Positions 53,802 through 63,970 of a stretch of 64,000 bases of DNA are shown in pieces. The position numbers were made by a program, and so were the translations under genes. The notes under the pieces are model-generated. The model saw only the letters and a program-made list of their open reading frames with translations. It was not told the DNA's origin and did not search any database. Numbering within the stretch: the first letter of the stretch is position 1; every line of letters starts with the position of its first letter. Source of the DNA: a virus; the IMG/VR virus record IMGVR_UViG_3300045003_000080, positions 1 through 64,000 of that record. The stretch is one strand, 5' to 3'.

Positions 53802-56441
53802 GTGGCGAAGCTGCTCGACGCCGCCAACGACGAAAAGGTTCATGTCAGCTTCGATATCACCAAGTTCGAGGATGACGCCGACGGCAATCTGGTGGTCTAC
53901 GGCAAGGCCACAGACGGTTCCGTCGACACCGACCAGCAGATTGTCGACCCGGAATGGTCGGCCAAGGCCATCAACGACTGGCTGAACGACGGGGGCACGC
54001 TCCGTGTGCAGCACTCGCCGAAGCTATACCCGGCTGGGCGTGGCCTAGAGGTCGAGACCACTCCGAACGGCCACTATGTCAAGGCGCTCGTGGTCGAGCC
54101 GACCGCGCAGCGTTTGGTGAAGTACGGCGCTCTGCGTGCGTTCTCGGTGGGCATTGCGCACCCGGTGATCGAACGTGACATGTCCGGGAAGGCCCGGGGC
54201 GGCATCATCCGGGGCAACGACAAGACGTCGATCTGTGAGATCAGTCTGGTCGACTCGCCAGCGAACAAGAACTGTGGCTTCACGATCGTGAAGTCGGAGG
54301 ATTCCGACGCGCCGTGGGAGTTCGGCGACCTCGACGCTCTGCTGGAGAAGAACGTGAGGACGCAAGTCGCCAAGGGCCAGCCGGAAGACCGGCAGGACAC
54401 GCAGGAAGCCGGCGAAAACGAGGACGAGGCGAGCGAGGGCAACGCCGACGACCCGGACTCCGACGAACCTCAGGGCCCTGCGTCCAAGGGCGCGGAAGCG
54501 GATTGGCGTGCGGAGCGTCACGCCTGGTTGCAGCGTGAACCGAAGCGCGGCGACGCAGCCGACGGCACCCAGTTCTTGGCCAAACGCGCGGCGTGGCAGC
54601 GCTGGTGGGCTGAGGGTGAGCAGCAGGGCCTGACCGACGACGGCTACCCGACGTGGGCGGCCAAGCGGGACATGGACCCGAATGTCGGTGGCGGCACGGA
54701 CCGCGACAAGATCCCGGCCGAAGATTTTGCCGGTAAGGACCGGTCGTTCCCGATCGTCACCCCGGGCGACGTGTCTGACGCGGCGTCAAGTCTTGGACGT
54801 GCAGGGGCGGGCAACTACTCGACCGACCAGATCAAGTCGAACATCATCCGTATCGCCCGGCGCAAGGGGCAGGCGTTCGTCGACGCCCTCCCGGACGCGT
54901 GGAAAGACGGTGGCACCGGCGCGGACAGCGACAAGGCCGCGAAGCCGAAGGCGAAAGCGGTCCAGTGCCAGGACTGCAACACCTACAACAAGGGCGGCAG
55001 CACCAAGTGCAAGGGGTGCGGCAAGCCGATTGGCGACGACGCGTCGGAGAAGCAGCCTGCTGAGAAGCTTGACGTGACCGACGGTGTGGCGAAGGCGGGT
55101 GGGAAGACCTGCCCGAAGTGCTCCAAGGTGTACCACGCCGACAGCAAGATCAAGTTCTGCAAGAAGTGCGGCACGAAGCTGCCGGCCGGGTCGACGAAGA
55201 TGGACGAGGCCGACGCGGAGAAGACGCGCCGCGCCCTGCCAGCCGACACCCGCCCAGCCGGCACGCACCGTGAACCGGACGGCACCAGCACGATCGAGGT
55301 GCTCGAACCGCAAGCGGGTCTGGGCACCGACCCCGACTCGACCCCTGACAAGGTGCCCGCGTCGGTCAAGTCGGCCCCGTCGTACGCGGTGGTGCGCGCC
55401 CACGACGCCCTGTGCGCCGCCTACCACGCCGACGACGTGCTCGCCGTTTACCCGACCCTGAAGTCGATCACCGACGCGGTCGACCCCGGCTACTGGGAGA
55501 CCCTGGCAGCCGAGAAAGCCGAAACGGGCGACGTCAAAGGCGCGAACGAACTCGTCGCACTCGCCAAGGCGGCCAAGGCCCTGAAGGCTGAGGATGCGGA
55601 TCTCGTCGCCGACGCCCGCATGGCCCTGTACAAGTCGTTCACGTCGATGTATCCGACAACGAATATCAAGCCGTCGAGCGACGCGGTGCGGCCCGGCATG
55701 TTCAACCGGCCGTACATCTCCACCGGGCACGCCCCGCTCAACGCCGGCTCGTCCGGACCGAGCGTCAACGTGCCACCATCCACCCACGTCCCGGAACCAG
55801 GCGACTTCACCCGGGGCCCCCTGACGGCTGGTGAGCAGCGCCCGTCCCCGGGCAACAAGGCAGCAGCAGGCGGCAACAACCCGACGGGCAGCGTCGACAC
55901 GGGCGCCGTGCGCACGTACTACGCGGCCCGAGCCCGTGACGCCGCCCACAACATGCTGGCAAACCTGCACGACAGCATCGCTGTGCGCTACCCGGACACC
56001 TGCGTGCTCGCCCCGGCGAACGCGGCCATGCCATCCCGGATGGGCGCCACGAACGTGCCCGCGCACGCCAGCGTCGCCGCGACCAAGCCCGCACCGGGCG
56101 AGAAGAACGAGGTCGCGGACCTCGTCAAGTCCCTCGTCGCCGAGCACACCAGTGCACTGCGCGACGAGTACGAAACCCAGATCACCGCACTCAAAGCAGA
56201 GATCAACGAATTGGGCAAGCAGCCCGACCCGGCCCAGGCCCCACCAAGGGGAGCGGTCAGGAAGGCAGTCGAGGCCGACGCCACTCCCGTGGAGAAGGCA
56301 GCCGTCGACGCCCAGCGTGCCGAGAAGGCAGCCCAGGAACGCGACGCCTACGTCGCGTACCTCACGTCCATGACCCAGTCGGGTGACCCGACGGTGCGGC
56401 AGGACGCCGAAGCCGTCCTTCTCAAGTACCTGACTCCCTGA
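53802..56441 (+). CDS. prohead protease/scaffold fusion
   Basis: VYGKA, VQH, AFSVG, EISLVDSPAN (HK97-type protease); Zn-ribbons; C-terminal helical scaffold. Confidence 0.85.
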   Translation: MAKLLDAANDEKVHVSFDITKFEDDADGNLVVYGKATDGSVDTDQQIVDPEWSAKAINDWLNDGGTLRVQHSPKLYPAGRGLEVETTPNGHYVKALVVEPTAQRLVKYGALRAFSVGIAHPVIERDMSGKARGGIIRGNDKTSICEISLVDSPANKNCGFTIVKSEDSDAPWEFGDLDALLEKNVRTQVAKGQPEDRQDTQEAGENEDEASEGNADDPDSDEPQGPASKGAEADWRAERHAWLQREPKRGDAADGTQFLAKRAAWQRWWAEGEQQGLTDDGYPTWAAKRDMDPNVGGGTDRDKIPAEDFAGKDRSFPIVTPGDVSDAASSLGRAGAGNYSTDQIKSNIIRIARRKGQAFVDALPDAWKDGGTGADSDKAAKPKAKAVQCQDCNTYNKGGSTKCKGCGKPIGDDASEKQPAEKLDVTDGVAKAGGKTCPKCSKVYHADSKIKFCKKCGTKLPAGSTKMDEADAEKTRRALPADTRPAGTHREPDGTSTIEVLEPQAGLGTDPDSTPDKVPASVKSAPSYAVVRAHDALCAAYHADDVLAVYPTLKSITDAVDPGYWETLAAEKAETGDVKGANELVALAKAAKALKAEDADLVADARMALYKSFTSMYPTTNIKPSSDAVRPGMFNRPYISTGHAPLNAGSSGPSVNVPPSTHVPEPGDFTRGPLTAGEQRPSPGNKAAAGGNNPTGSVDTGAVRTYYAARARDAAHNMLANLHDSIAVRYPDTCVLAPANAAMPSRMGATNVPAHASVAATKPAPGEKNEVADLVKSLVAEHTSALRDEYETQITALKAEINELGKQPDPAQAPPRGAVRKAVEADATPVEKAAVDAQRAEKAAQERDAYVAYLTSMTQSGDPTVRQDAEAVLLKYLTP

Positions 56442-56465
56442 CACGACAACCCCGAAAGGGCTTGT

Positions 56466-58274
56466 GTGACCGTTACGTACGACGCCCCGTCGCCACAAGC
56501 GGTGACGGCCGGGCTGGTGGCTGACGCCTCCAACTTCGAAACCCCGAACCAGATGCTCGCCGGTAAGATGCCGGCGCTTGTCAAGGGCATGGGATACGCC
56601 CGCCCAGGCGGGAACGCCATCACCCAGGACGACGACAAGATTTTCCAGCAGTCGATGCGCGCCGAGATGGCGCTCACCAAGGCTGTTCGGACTGGTCTGA
56701 ATGATCCACAGTCAGTTATCAAGGGCCTGTCTCCGGACTTCTCGAACCAGTTCGGCGCGTTCCTGAGCAACACCCCGCAAAATTACGCGATGCAGAACAT
56801 GCTCGGGCAGCTGTCCGGGCAGATCAGCGACTTCATCGGCCGTAGCATCACCCTGACGAGCCCACTTTCGACCGGACTTGTCCCTTTTGACCTCGTTGCC
56901 CCTTCGAGGTTGATCTATCCTGTATATTCGCCTATTCGCAACAAACTCCCACGTGTTCCTGGCCAGGGCACGTCGCGCCGGACCAAGGTGCTCACCGGCA
57001 TCTCCGGCAGCCAGACTGGTGCTTCTGGCGGTAAGTTCCTCGACCTGGGCATCCCGGAGCTTGTCTCCAACACGTCCAGCATGCAGAACTGGCCATTGAA
57101 CCTCCCCGGAACCGGTGTTCAAGACTCTCTAGACCTGAATGTTCCTTACCGTTTTTGGGGACTTACTGAAAGTTTGTCCTGGCTTGCCCAGTTTGCGGGT
57201 CAAGGGTTTGAGGATATTTCAGCCCTTGCTAATCTCATCCTGCTTCAGGAGTTCATGCTCAGCGAGGAGGCCGCGCACCTCGCAGCCACCTCCACGAACC
57301 TGGGCACCCCAAGCAACCCGACGCTGACCGCACGGTCAGCGAACTCCGGCGAGACCGCATTGTCGGGCGTTACCACCAACGTGTTCGTCAAGGTGAGTGC
57401 GCTCAACTGGTTCGGTGAGACCGCGACCCAGGCGTCCGGCGCATCCGTCGCCTGGTCGTCCGGCCAGGTCGTGGACGTCGCGATCTCCCCAGTCGCTGGC
57501 GCGATGTGGTACCGGATTTATGTCACCACTGGTGCATCGGCAGGTACGTACTACCTGATGCAGGACAACGTCGGGGGCTTGAACTTCACGCTCCAGGGCG
57601 CGCTGCCAACGTCCGGCACCAACCCGGCGACGGGTGACACCGGCACCGGCAACGGCAACCGGCAGGAAGGCATCATCCCGGTTGTCGCCGGCCACTCGCA
57701 GGGCTCCAACCAGGTGTACCCGGCCAACTGGCAGGGTGGTTACATCAACCAGGCGCTCGGCGACACCCTCCACATCACGAACATCAACACGATGTTGCAG
57801 GGCTTGTGGGATGGCGTGGGCAGCTTCCGTGCCGACCCGGTCGAGCTGATCGGCGAGGGCGGCGACCTGATGCGCCTGAGCAACGACATTGTGCAGTCTG
57901 GTACGACCACTGCTTACCGTCTGTTCATTGAGCAGGCTGACGTGGCCGGAGTCCGGGCCGGGGCAGCCGTGTCGGAGTTCCAGAACCCGATCACTCGCAG
58001 CATGGTCAAGCTGTTGGTTCACCCGTGGCTGCCTCAGGGCACCCTGCTCGCGATGAGCTACACGCTCCCGTTCGCGTGGAGCAACGTCGCGAACGTGTGG
58101 GAGTTCGTCACGGTCCAGGACTATTTGTCCATTTCGTGGCCTGTAGTGGATGCGTCCTTTAGGTACAGCATGTTTATGTATGGGGCACTTGTGGCGAACG
58201 CCCCGCAATATTGCGGGATCCTTCAGGGCATTCAGAAGTCTGACCGTTCCGGCTCGACCGGCACCTGGTCGTAA
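56466..58274 (+). CDS. major capsid protein with inserted beta-sandwich-like domain
   Basis: Position after the protease; PIRNKLPRVPG; KLLVHPWLPQG. Confidence 0.8.
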   Translation: MTVTYDAPSPQAVTAGLVADASNFETPNQMLAGKMPALVKGMGYARPGGNAITQDDDKIFQQSMRAEMALTKAVRTGLNDPQSVIKGLSPDFSNQFGAFLSNTPQNYAMQNMLGQLSGQISDFIGRSITLTSPLSTGLVPFDLVAPSRLIYPVYSPIRNKLPRVPGQGTSRRTKVLTGISGSQTGASGGKFLDLGIPELVSNTSSMQNWPLNLPGTGVQDSLDLNVPYRFWGLTESLSWLAQFAGQGFEDISALANLILLQEFMLSEEAAHLAATSTNLGTPSNPTLTARSANSGETALSGVTTNVFVKVSALNWFGETATQASGASVAWSSGQVVDVAISPVAGAMWYRIYVTTGASAGTYYLMQDNVGGLNFTLQGALPTSGTNPATGDTGTGNGNRQEGIIPVVAGHSQGSNQVYPANWQGGYINQALGDTLHITNINTMLQGLWDGVGSFRADPVELIGEGGDLMRLSNDIVQSGTTTAYRLFIEQADVAGVRAGAAVSEFQNPITRSMVKLLVHPWLPQGTLLAMSYTLPFAWSNVANVWEFVTVQDYLSISWPVVDASFRYSMFMYGALVANAPQYCGILQGIQKSDRSGSTGTWS

Positions 58275-58282
58275 CCCGTTCC

Positions 58283-58313
58283 GGCAGCCGCCCACACCAC
58301 GTGGGCGGCTGCC
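58283..58313 (+). terminator. stem-loop after the capsid gene
   Basis: 13-bp stem GGCAGCCGCCCAC/GTGGGCGGCTGCC. Confidence 0.6.
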
Positions 58314-58334
58314 CGTTCCATGTAAGGGAGCTGT

Positions 58335-58643
58335 GTGACCGCACCTGCCGGCACGCTCGCGTACCGCACTTATGTCACTCTCAGCGCTGCCGGGAACAGC
58401 AACGGCGACGCGACCACCATCAGCAACGCCTTCAACGGCGTGATTTACCCAGCTGTGTCGGGTACTGCCGCGACCGCGTCCGCTTCGGGCGCCGTGGTGA
58501 CGATCTACTGGCCAGATTCGACCATCAAGATGGCCCGCGAGCTGGTGCGTGACTTCGTCGCGCAGCAGATCGTGGGCATGGCGGCGAGCCTGAACGCTGC
58601 CGTCACGAATATTCAGTGCTTCACCGAGATCAACATGTCGTAG
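58335..58643 (+). CDS. putative virion protein
   Basis: AAGGGAG RBS. Confidence 0.65.
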   Translation: MTAPAGTLAYRTYVTLSAAGNSNGDATTISNAFNGVIYPAVSGTAATASASGAVVTIYWPDSTIKMARELVRDFVAQQIVGMAASLNAAVTNIQCFTEINMS

Positions 58644-58694
58644 CCGGGCGGCCCCCACGGGGGTCGTTCCGCTTCTCGCGGAAGGGGCACACTC

Positions 58695-59222
58695 GTGCCA
58701 GATAGCGCTTTTAACGCGCAGGGCACCCCGGTTGCGGGCGGCTACGCGCAGCCGGGCCCGGGTATCACGGAAGAACTCGTTGTTCTCGGCGACCGGTCAG
58801 GCAACTCCTATGTGTCGACGGGGACGTCGGGGACGACGACGTACCTGGGCACGTCGGCGTATCGGGATTCGATCATCACGGTGCAGAACGGTGGTAAGGC
58901 CACTGCGCCGACTGCCGCGACGGTGCTCGCGACCGTCACCCCGGGCACTGCCGGCAAGTGGGAGTGCACGATCACGCTCGCGGTGACCGGTACGACGGTC
59001 GCGGCGACCGACTCGAACAATTTCGCGATCAACCAGACGTCGACGGCTGTGATCAGCCCCGTGCCGTTCCCTGTCAACGGCACCACTGGGTCTACTGCGA
59101 TTGTCACTCAGACGGTGGTGCTGAACCTGTCGGCTGCGGACACGGTGAACGTGACGGCGATCGCGAACGCCACGGCCAGCAGCATCTATTCGGCGTCTGT
59201 CGTCGCTCGCCGGGTGGGTTAA
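58695..59222 (+). CDS. putative virion/decoration protein
   Basis: Thr/Ala/Val-rich beta protein. Confidence 0.7.
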   Translation: MPDSAFNAQGTPVAGGYAQPGPGITEELVVLGDRSGNSYVSTGTSGTTTYLGTSAYRDSIITVQNGGKATAPTAATVLATVTPGTAGKWECTITLAVTGTTVAATDSNNFAINQTSTAVISPVPFPVNGTTGSTAIVTQTVVLNLSAADTVNVTAIANATASSIYSASVVARRVG

Positions 59223-59225
59223 ACC

Positions 59226-59501
59226 ATGACGGTCGGCAGTCAGCAGTATTCCGTGTCGACCACTGCCGTGCTCATCGGCAGCGCGCCGGCCTCGTCCCAG
59301 GTGGGGCCGGTCGGTGCGCTGCTGGTGCTCGCGGACGCGACGGTCGATGCGTATGTGGGCGGCGCGAATGTGTCGTCCACCAATGGGATGAAGGTCACGC
59401 ATGCAGTGACGGCTCCCGTGCCGATCACCCTGTACCCGGGCGACACCGTGTACGCGATCACCGCGTCGGGCACGGCGACGCTCGGGGTCCTGCAAACGTA
59501 G
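59226..59501 (+). CDS. putative virion protein
   Basis: YVGGANVSSTNG...GDTVYAI. Confidence 0.65.
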   Translation: MTVGSQQYSVSTTAVLIGSAPASSQVGPVGALLVLADATVDAYVGGANVSSTNGMKVTHAVTAPVPITLYPGDTVYAITASGTATLGVLQT

Positions 59502-59509
59502 GGGGTTTG

Positions 59510-59782
59510 GTGTCGAAGATCGCGCTGCCTGACGGGTGTATGGGGCTTGATTTCGCGGACGGGACTCGGGTCGACGCGGATGGTCGGGGCCGGGTGGACG
59601 TGCCCGAGTCCTACGCCCGGCAGATCGGCAAGTCCTGGTACGGGTCGGCCGGTGTGATGGCCGGCGGCGAACGGTTCAGTTTCGGGACGAAGAAAAGCCG
59701 GCTGTGTCGCCCCTGTAAACGCGCGTGGAACGCGTGGTCGGAAACCTGCCCCCGGTGCGGGGCTGAAACGACGGAGGAATAG
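59510..59782 (+). CDS. Zn-ribbon protein
   Basis: CRPC...CPRC. Confidence 0.65.
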   Translation: MSKIALPDGCMGLDFADGTRVDADGRGRVDVPESYARQIGKSWYGSAGVMAGGERFSFGTKKSRLCRPCKRAWNAWSETCPRCGAETTEE

Positions 59783-60229
59783 ATGACGGCGTATGCGCCG
59801 ACGGATGTGCGCGCGACCAGTGCGGTCGCGGGCGGTTGCGGTGAGGGTCACCTGGTCGAGCCTGTCGCGGGTGGTGGGCGCGGGGTGACGTGCGCCCTGT
59901 GTGAGCCGGGGCTGCTGAAGTTGTGGGGGTGGGCGGGTTCACCCGAAGGGGTGAAGCTGACCCCGGATGAGGTCGCGGTGCTCGAAGACTCCAAAGCTCA
60001 GGGGCTCGCGGCGCAGGCTTTGGCCGCTAAAGCAATCGGGGAGAGGCTTGCGGCGACGGTTCTTTCGGACGCGATCGCGCCTGCCTCGTCTGTGGCGGCG
60101 TCGCCGGAGAGCGTCTCGAAGACGGACCTGGCGAAGCTGATCGCGCAGTTGGACCCGGCTGAGCGTGACGAGCTGCTCAAGGGCGTGGGTGTCAAGCGCG
60201 GCCCTGGTCGCCCACCGAAGACGGCGTAA
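59783..60229 (+). CDS. hypothetical protein with AT-hook-like tail
   Basis: GGAGG RBS; KRGPGRPPK. Confidence 0.7.
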   Translation: MTAYAPTDVRATSAVAGGCGEGHLVEPVAGGGRGVTCALCEPGLLKLWGWAGSPEGVKLTPDEVAVLEDSKAQGLAAQALAAKAIGERLAATVLSDAIAPASSVAASPESVSKTDLAKLIAQLDPAERDELLKGVGVKRGPGRPPKTA

Positions 60230-60475
60230 TGGGTCGGCCTGGCGGGCTGTGTGCGCTGTGCGGTGGTCCTCAGCGTGGGCGCGCCGGGCGTCGCGCGGAC
60301 ATCGTCGCGTACTGCCAGGCGTGTGGTGCGGGTGTGTGTACCCGGCATGTGCGTTTTTCGGACGGCCGGTGGGTGTGCGCGAGGTGTGAGCGCAACGGTC
60401 AGTAAGCGCCGATTTGAGCGTTACAGAAAAAGCGAGGCGTATCGCCTCCCCGGCCCGAGGAGGTGATGCCACTAT

Positions 60476-61450
60476 ATGCCTGTCTACAGTCCTACAGACA
60501 CTCCGGTCTCAGGGCCTGGAACTCCCTACGTGACTCCCGCAATGCTGCGTTCAGCAGCAACAGGCATTTCTTAGTCCTGGAAGACGATAGGTGGGGATGG
60601 GACGACGGCGCCGTCGGCGCAGCAGCAGTACGCGGAGCAGCTGAACATCTGTCACCGGGCGTCGTCGGTGGCGTCTGGGTATGTGAATCAGCCGCTTCAC
60701 GCGACGATCGACACTGAGCAGCTCACCGGGCCTGGCACGTTCCGGTTTCAGTTGGAGAACGGGACGGGTCGGGCGTGGTTGTTGTTGTCGCGGTCGCCGG
60801 TGACCTCCGTGCTCGGGGGGCAGATCACGCCGGCTGCCGCGTTCCCGCCCCAGTGGACCGCGTTGGCGGCGAATCAGTTTCGTATCGCTCAGCCGGTGAT
60901 CGGGGTGTATGGGACGACGTCGCCGGGTGGTTCCGGTGATGGCGGGCAGGCGGTGTATCTGGCGCCGGGCAATGCGACCTGGTTGTTCGGGCGTAACGCA
61001 TACGACGTGCAGGTCACGTATATCAATGGTTGGCCGCACACGTCGTTGACGGCGCCGGCGACGGCTGGCGCGAGGTTGATCACTGTGGATGACTGTACGG
61101 GGTGGGGGCCCCCGGCCGGGATGAGTAGTGGTGCGACCGGCACCTTGTACGACGAGGGGCAGCAGGAGGTGGTGACCTGTGTCGCGGCGTCGGCGACGTC
61201 GGGGCCGGGTGTGTTGTCGTTGGCTGCGCCCTTGAACTACGCGCACTCGTATGGGGTGTTGTGTTCGACGCTGCCTGGGTCGATTCAGCAGGCGACGATC
61301 TACCTGGCGGTGGCGCAGGCGTTGGCGCGTGGCGCGACGGCGACGAGCGTGCAGGCGATTCCCGGGTCGATGGTTGGTCAGGGTGCGAACATGAAGGATT
61401 TCGAGGACGCGGGCAAGCGGATCTTGCACACGTACCGGCGCGTCATCTAA
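60476..61450 (+). CDS. head-tail adaptor-like protein interrupted by an in-frame TAG at 60572
   Basis: GAGGAGG RBS; MPVYSP...ATGIS*SWKTI... is in frame with ORF 60668-61450. Confidence 0.65.
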
Positions 61451-61460
61451 GGGGGCGAAG

Positions 61461-61964
61461 ATGCCCCTGCAGTCGATGCAGCAGTACCTGAGGAACTTGT
61501 TGGATCAGACGCCTCTTCCGCTCGGTGAGGGTGTGCTGACGGCGCAGATCACGCCCCCGGATCCGGGGGACGGCATGGTGCCCACCGTGTACATCTGGGG
61601 GTCGGTGGCGCAGGAGCGGCGCCAGTCGATGCCCCGGGCGCAGCCGGGCCTGTATTCGACGGGCGGCTTCAAGACGATCGAACACAAGATCGATCTGTGG
61701 TTGGTGTGGTACGGGTACGCGGACGACGCCCTCGCGGACTCCCAGTTCCCGGCGATGATCGACACGGTCACAGCCGTTCTTCGTAACACGTTGATGCCGG
61801 TGTACAACGTCGTCGACCCGGTGTCGGGCGCGGGCTCCTCGATCCTCGCGATCGGGGAGAAACTCGAATGGGATTACGCCCCCGTTCATTCGACGGCTGA
61901 CCAGCGCATCCTGCGCTACGTCGCGAAGATCACGTGCACGGTCGAGGAACTTCTCCAGGCTTAG
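61461..61964 (+). CDS. putative tail terminator/neck protein
   Basis: Synteny. Confidence 0.65.
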   Translation: MPLQSMQQYLRNLLDQTPLPLGEGVLTAQITPPDPGDGMVPTVYIWGSVAQERRQSMPRAQPGLYSTGGFKTIEHKIDLWLVWYGYADDALADSQFPAMIDTVTAVLRNTLMPVYNVVDPVSGAGSSILAIGEKLEWDYAPVHSTADQRILRYVAKITCTVEELLQA

Positions 61965-61971
61965 GGGGCGT

Positions 61972-62442
61972 GTGGCCGACCCGATGCTGCGCCACACCAT
62001 CACCGGGGACTCCGGTGCGATCACCCGGATCCAGAAATTCCAGGCGATCATGGCGATGGTCGCGTGGGCGGACCGGTGGGGCCCAGTCGTCGCGGCCGAG
62101 CTGCGCCACGAGGCGCCCGTGCAGGGCCGGTACAAGCCGGTCACCGGGGGAGCGCTGCGCGACTCGATCAAGTGGGAGCGGCGCAGCGCGTTCGGTGGGG
62201 TCGCCCTGGTGTTCCACACCGATGTCCCGTACGCGAAATACGTGCTCGAAGGCACACCCGCGCACTACATCCCGGCCTCGAAGGAATGGCTGCGCTGGGA
62301 GGACTTCTCCGGCGTGCAGTGGCGCCACTTCGGCGTGAACCACCCGGGAGCGGCGAAAAACCCGTTCTCGCGCCGTGTCGCGGACCGGGTGGTGCCCGAG
62401 ATGGCCGATTCCCTTGCCGAGATGTTCAGACAGGAGCTTTGA
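61972..62442 (+). CDS. HK97 gp10-like neck protein
   Basis: EAPV...GALRDSI...YAKYVLEGT...HPG..KNPF. Confidence 0.8.
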   Translation: MADPMLRHTITGDSGAITRIQKFQAIMAMVAWADRWGPVVAAELRHEAPVQGRYKPVTGGALRDSIKWERRSAFGGVALVFHTDVPYAKYVLEGTPAHYIPASKEWLRWEDFSGVQWRHFGVNHPGAAKNPFSRRVADRVVPEMADSLAEMFRQEL

Positions 62443-62443
62443 C

Positions 62444-62704
62444 GTGCCTTCCAAGACGCGCGCCGTGCCCGCCCCCGACGCCGAGCCTAACGACACCGAG
62501 CTGAGCGACACGGCGCCGGATCCGGACGCGTATGTGCTGCTCGACTACACCGGCGACCCGTTCGTGATCAACCCGTACGGGGAGTTGCGCGCCGGCGACG
62601 TCGTGGCGGCGCGCCCGCACCTGGTGCCAGGGCTGCTGGCGGGCGGGAGTTTCGCCGTCCGCTCGGATCCGCGCCCTGACGCGGAGCAGATCCGCACCCC
62701 GTAA
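62444..62704 (+). CDS. hypothetical protein
   Basis: AGGAG RBS. Confidence 0.55.
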   Translation: MPSKTRAVPAPDAEPNDTELSDTAPDPDAYVLLDYTGDPFVINPYGELRAGDVVAARPHLVPGLLAGGSFAVRSDPRPDAEQIRTP

Positions 62705-62735
62705 CGCCATAACGCTATGCATGTAAAGGAGCTGT

Positions 62736-63956
62736 GTGCCAACTACTGTTGTCGAGCGTTATGGCTCGTTGTCCGCTACGGGGGTTGCGAAGGAGGCCAC
62801 GTTCGGGACGCCCGTGACGCCTCCGACGGGCGGTTTCGTTCCGATGACGGGCAACGAACTTCAGCTTGACGTGGGCCTGTTCAGCCCGAAGGTGATGTTC
62901 GGGCAAAGGGATCTCAACACTTTCCCACTCTATGGGCAATACAAGATCGCTGGCGCGTTGAACGCGCCTTTGTTCCCGACGAACGGGGCATCGCTGATCG
63001 CGGGCGCGATCGGCCCGGACGCGCAGGCCGGGTACGGGGTGACGGGCACGTCGGGGTCGGGGTCGACGACGCTGAACGGTGGCGTGAGCGCGGGAGCGAC
63101 CACGATCGTCGTGACGTCGGCAGCCGGGTTCTCGAACAACCAGGTCATCCAGATCGATGTGAACAACACCAGCACGCCAACGACTGCCGAATGCCGCAAG
63201 ATCACCAACATTTCGAGCAACACGCTCACGCTCGACAGCGCGCTGGGTTACGCGCACCTGACCGGTGTCGCCGTGATCGGGGTGATCGCCCCGTACACGC
63301 ACTCGATCCAGCAGGCCAACACGCTTAGCTCGTTCACCGTCGAAAAGAACCTGGGCGGGTTCGAGTCGCTGCAGTTCGCCGGCTCGCGTATCAATAAGTT
63401 CAATATCTCGACGCAGAACGGTGACACGGAGGCGACGTTCAGCGCCGACCTGGTCGCGAAGTCCAGCGCGGTGCTGGTCACGCCGACCACGATCTCGATC
63501 ACGAACGAGAACCCGTTCGTATTCGCTGAGGCGACCGTCAGCCTGTTCTCGCAGAACGTGCTGCAGGCCACCGACTTCTCCATGGACATCGAAAACGGGC
63601 TCGTCAGCACGTATACGTTCAACTCCAGCCACAACCTGCAGTTCCTCACCCCGGTCACCCGGCGCGTGTCCGGCAAGGTCGACGTCGTCTTCACGAGTCT
63701 CGACGACGCGACGTGGGGCTACTACACGGCGATGGTCAACGGCACCAACGGCGCCCTCACGTTCACCCTCGCGCACCCCTCCTCGGGCGGCACGATCGTG
63801 TTCACCCTGCCGAAGGTGTACCTGAAGCTCGCGACCGACGCCGTGAAGATGGAAGGCGTCATCATGACAAGCCTTTCCTATGAGGCGTTCCTGAACCTGT
63901 CCACGCTGCAGACGATCTCCGCGACGGTCACCGACTCCGCGTACCTGCCCTTCTAA
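62736..63956 (+). CDS. major tail tube protein
   Basis: GVAKEATFGTPV, SFTVEK, FSMDIENGL; synteny. Confidence 0.85.
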   Translation: MPTTVVERYGSLSATGVAKEATFGTPVTPPTGGFVPMTGNELQLDVGLFSPKVMFGQRDLNTFPLYGQYKIAGALNAPLFPTNGASLIAGAIGPDAQAGYGVTGTSGSGSTTLNGGVSAGATTIVVTSAAGFSNNQVIQIDVNNTSTPTTAECRKITNISSNTLTLDSALGYAHLTGVAVIGVIAPYTHSIQQANTLSSFTVEKNLGGFESLQFAGSRINKFNISTQNGDTEATFSADLVAKSSAVLVTPTTISITNENPFVFAEATVSLFSQNVLQATDFSMDIENGLVSTYTFNSSHNLQFLTPVTRRVSGKVDVVFTSLDDATWGYYTAMVNGTNGALTFTLAHPSSGGTIVFTLPKVYLKLATDAVKMEGVIMTSLSYEAFLNLSTLQTISATVTDSAYLPF

Positions 63957-63970
63957 AACCTGGAGCGCCA

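Noticed and set aside
54786-56498. Long minus-strand ORFs (e.g. 570 aa here; also 19717-20949, 50711-51991, 57336-58658, 62715-63971)
   Set aside because: Antisense shadows of high-GC plus-strand genes with no recognisable motifs.
60560-60590. Genome-wide TAG reassignment
   Set aside because: Many genes here end cleanly at TAG with the next gene following immediately (e.g. 34664, 34852, 42250).
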